From the IMG/VR virus record IMGVR_UViG_3300003775_000002: 43,430 nucleotides of DNA. The stretch is one strand, 5' to 3'. The stretch comes from a virus. Positions within the stretch are counted from its first letter, which is position 1. Every line of letters begins with the position of its first letter. A model generated the notes under the pieces. The model ran no database searches. It was not told the origin of the DNA and saw only the letters and a list, made by a program, of their open reading frames with translations. The position numbers and the translations under genes are program-made. This document shows positions 43,249 through 43,430 of this stretch, piece after piece.

Positions 43249-43277
43249 ATACAGTGCTGTACAGGACACTGTATTTT
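43249..43277 (+). terminator. Rho-independent terminator-like hairpin
   Basis: ATACAGTG (43249..43256) pairs with CACTGTAT (43267..43274) across a 10-nt loop and is followed by a T run. It lies 7 nt after the stop at 43242. Confidence 0.5.
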
Positions 43278-43292
43278 GGAAATAGAGTTGGG

Positions 43293-43305
43293 AGGATATT
43301 GGAAG
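43293..43305. promoter_or_regulatory. Candidate integrase arm-type site AGGATATTGGAAG, attR-side arm
   Basis: Identical to 219..231. It lies 25 bp from the att core. Confidence 0.35.
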
Positions 43306-43321
43306 CCGGCGAGCGACCAAG

Positions 43322-43355
43322 AAAAAACGGCCTGCGTCTTTCGACACAAGCCGTT
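43322..43355 (-). terminator. Rho-independent terminator of the tRNA-Pro gene
   Basis: The minus strand reads AACGGCTTGTGTC GAAA GACGCAGGCCGTT TTTT. This is a 13-bp stem including two G-U pairs, a GAAA loop and a six-T run whose first two T pair in the stem. It lies about 30 nt downstream of the tRNA CCA end. Confidence 0.75.
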
Positions 43356-43430
43356 GATTCCATTACCTTTTACCACTGCAAATACTGGTCGGAGCGATAG
43401 GATTCGAACCTACGACCCTCTGATCCCAAA
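43330..43430. repeat. attR copy of the 101-bp att duplication
   Basis: Identical to 1..101. Confidence 0.9.
43386..43430 (-). tRNA. tRNA-Pro(UGG), 3' 45 nt only; the gene continues beyond the window edge
   Basis: It has the same 45 nt as 57..101 (anticodon loop UUUGGGA, T arm, acceptor with G72/A73, CCA). The 5' half would lie to the right of 43430 and cannot be seen. Confidence 0.7.

Larger units (their letters stand above)
1..43430. mobile_element. Integrated temperate phage (prophage) with podovirus-type virion module, inserted in a tRNA-Pro gene
   Basis: Integrase and excisionase-like genes sit at the left end. They are followed by immunity, replication, packaging, virion, lysis and conversion modules. 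The whole unit is bracketed by identical 101-bp direct repeats that contain a tRNA 3' half. Confidence 0.92.

Noticed and set aside
43249-43274. A second SOS box in ATACAGTGctgtacaggaCACTGTAT.
   Set aside because: The arms are in ACAG...CTGT order, not CTGT-N8-ACAG. The element is better explained as a terminator hairpin followed by a T run.

Overview
The window is one complete integrated temperate phage of about 43.3 kb in a GC-rich genome. By inference the host is a beta-proteobacterium, probably Burkholderiales-like. The prophage is bounded by identical 101-bp direct repeats at 1..101 and 43330..43430. Each repeat carries the anticodon-loop-to-CCA half of a tRNA-Pro(UGG) gene on the minus strand plus 56 bp downstream of it, including the tRNA terminator hairpin. 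The left copy is a dead fragment. The right copy continues out of the window and is presumably the intact tRNA.

Gene order, left to right:
- Tyrosine integrase and a DUF4224-type excisionase-like gene.
- A leftward early operon. It holds an ASCH protein, two orphan DNA methyltransferases interleaved with three opposite-strand genes, many small translationally coupled ORFs, a DnaQ-like exonuclease, RecT and a YqaJ/lambda-Exo-like nuclease.
- A lambda-style immunity region. A CI-like S24 repressor with two HTH domains has a low-GC tail-anchored gene downstream in the rex position. Matched operator pairs sit on predicted PL and PR promoters, followed by Cro-like and CII-like genes.
- A replication module: a DUF1376 initiator-like gene with internal iterons and a RuvC-like resolvase.
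- Small and large terminase.
- A T7/BPP-1-style podovirus virion module: portal, scaffold, HK97-type capsid, decoration protein, gp11-like and gp12-like tail tube proteins, internal virion proteins including an SLT-domain protein, a beta-helix tailspike and a second fibre.
- A lysis cassette: holin, SLT-type endolysin and overlapping Rz/Rz1 spanins.
- A minus-strand acyltransferase-3 conversion gene.

Signals most worth follow-up:
- (a) A self-contained module next to attR: a LexA-box palindrome, then a small Cys-rich ORF, then a terminator.
- (b) A methyltransferase island with strand-interleaved small genes and an identical 16-nt sequence at both methyltransferase starts.
- (c) Three candidate lysogen-expressed membrane genes, at 4999..5664, 11885..12163 and 34024..34311. 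The last is antisense inside the ejection-protein operon.
- (d) Two GNAT genes inside the virion module.
- (e) A 17-nt hairpin motif repeated in two late intergenic gaps.
- (f) An iteron-type origin inside the initiator gene.

No CRISPR array, rRNA gene, transposase or reverse transcriptase/DGR was seen. All functional calls come from motif and architecture recognition by eye. No database search was run.
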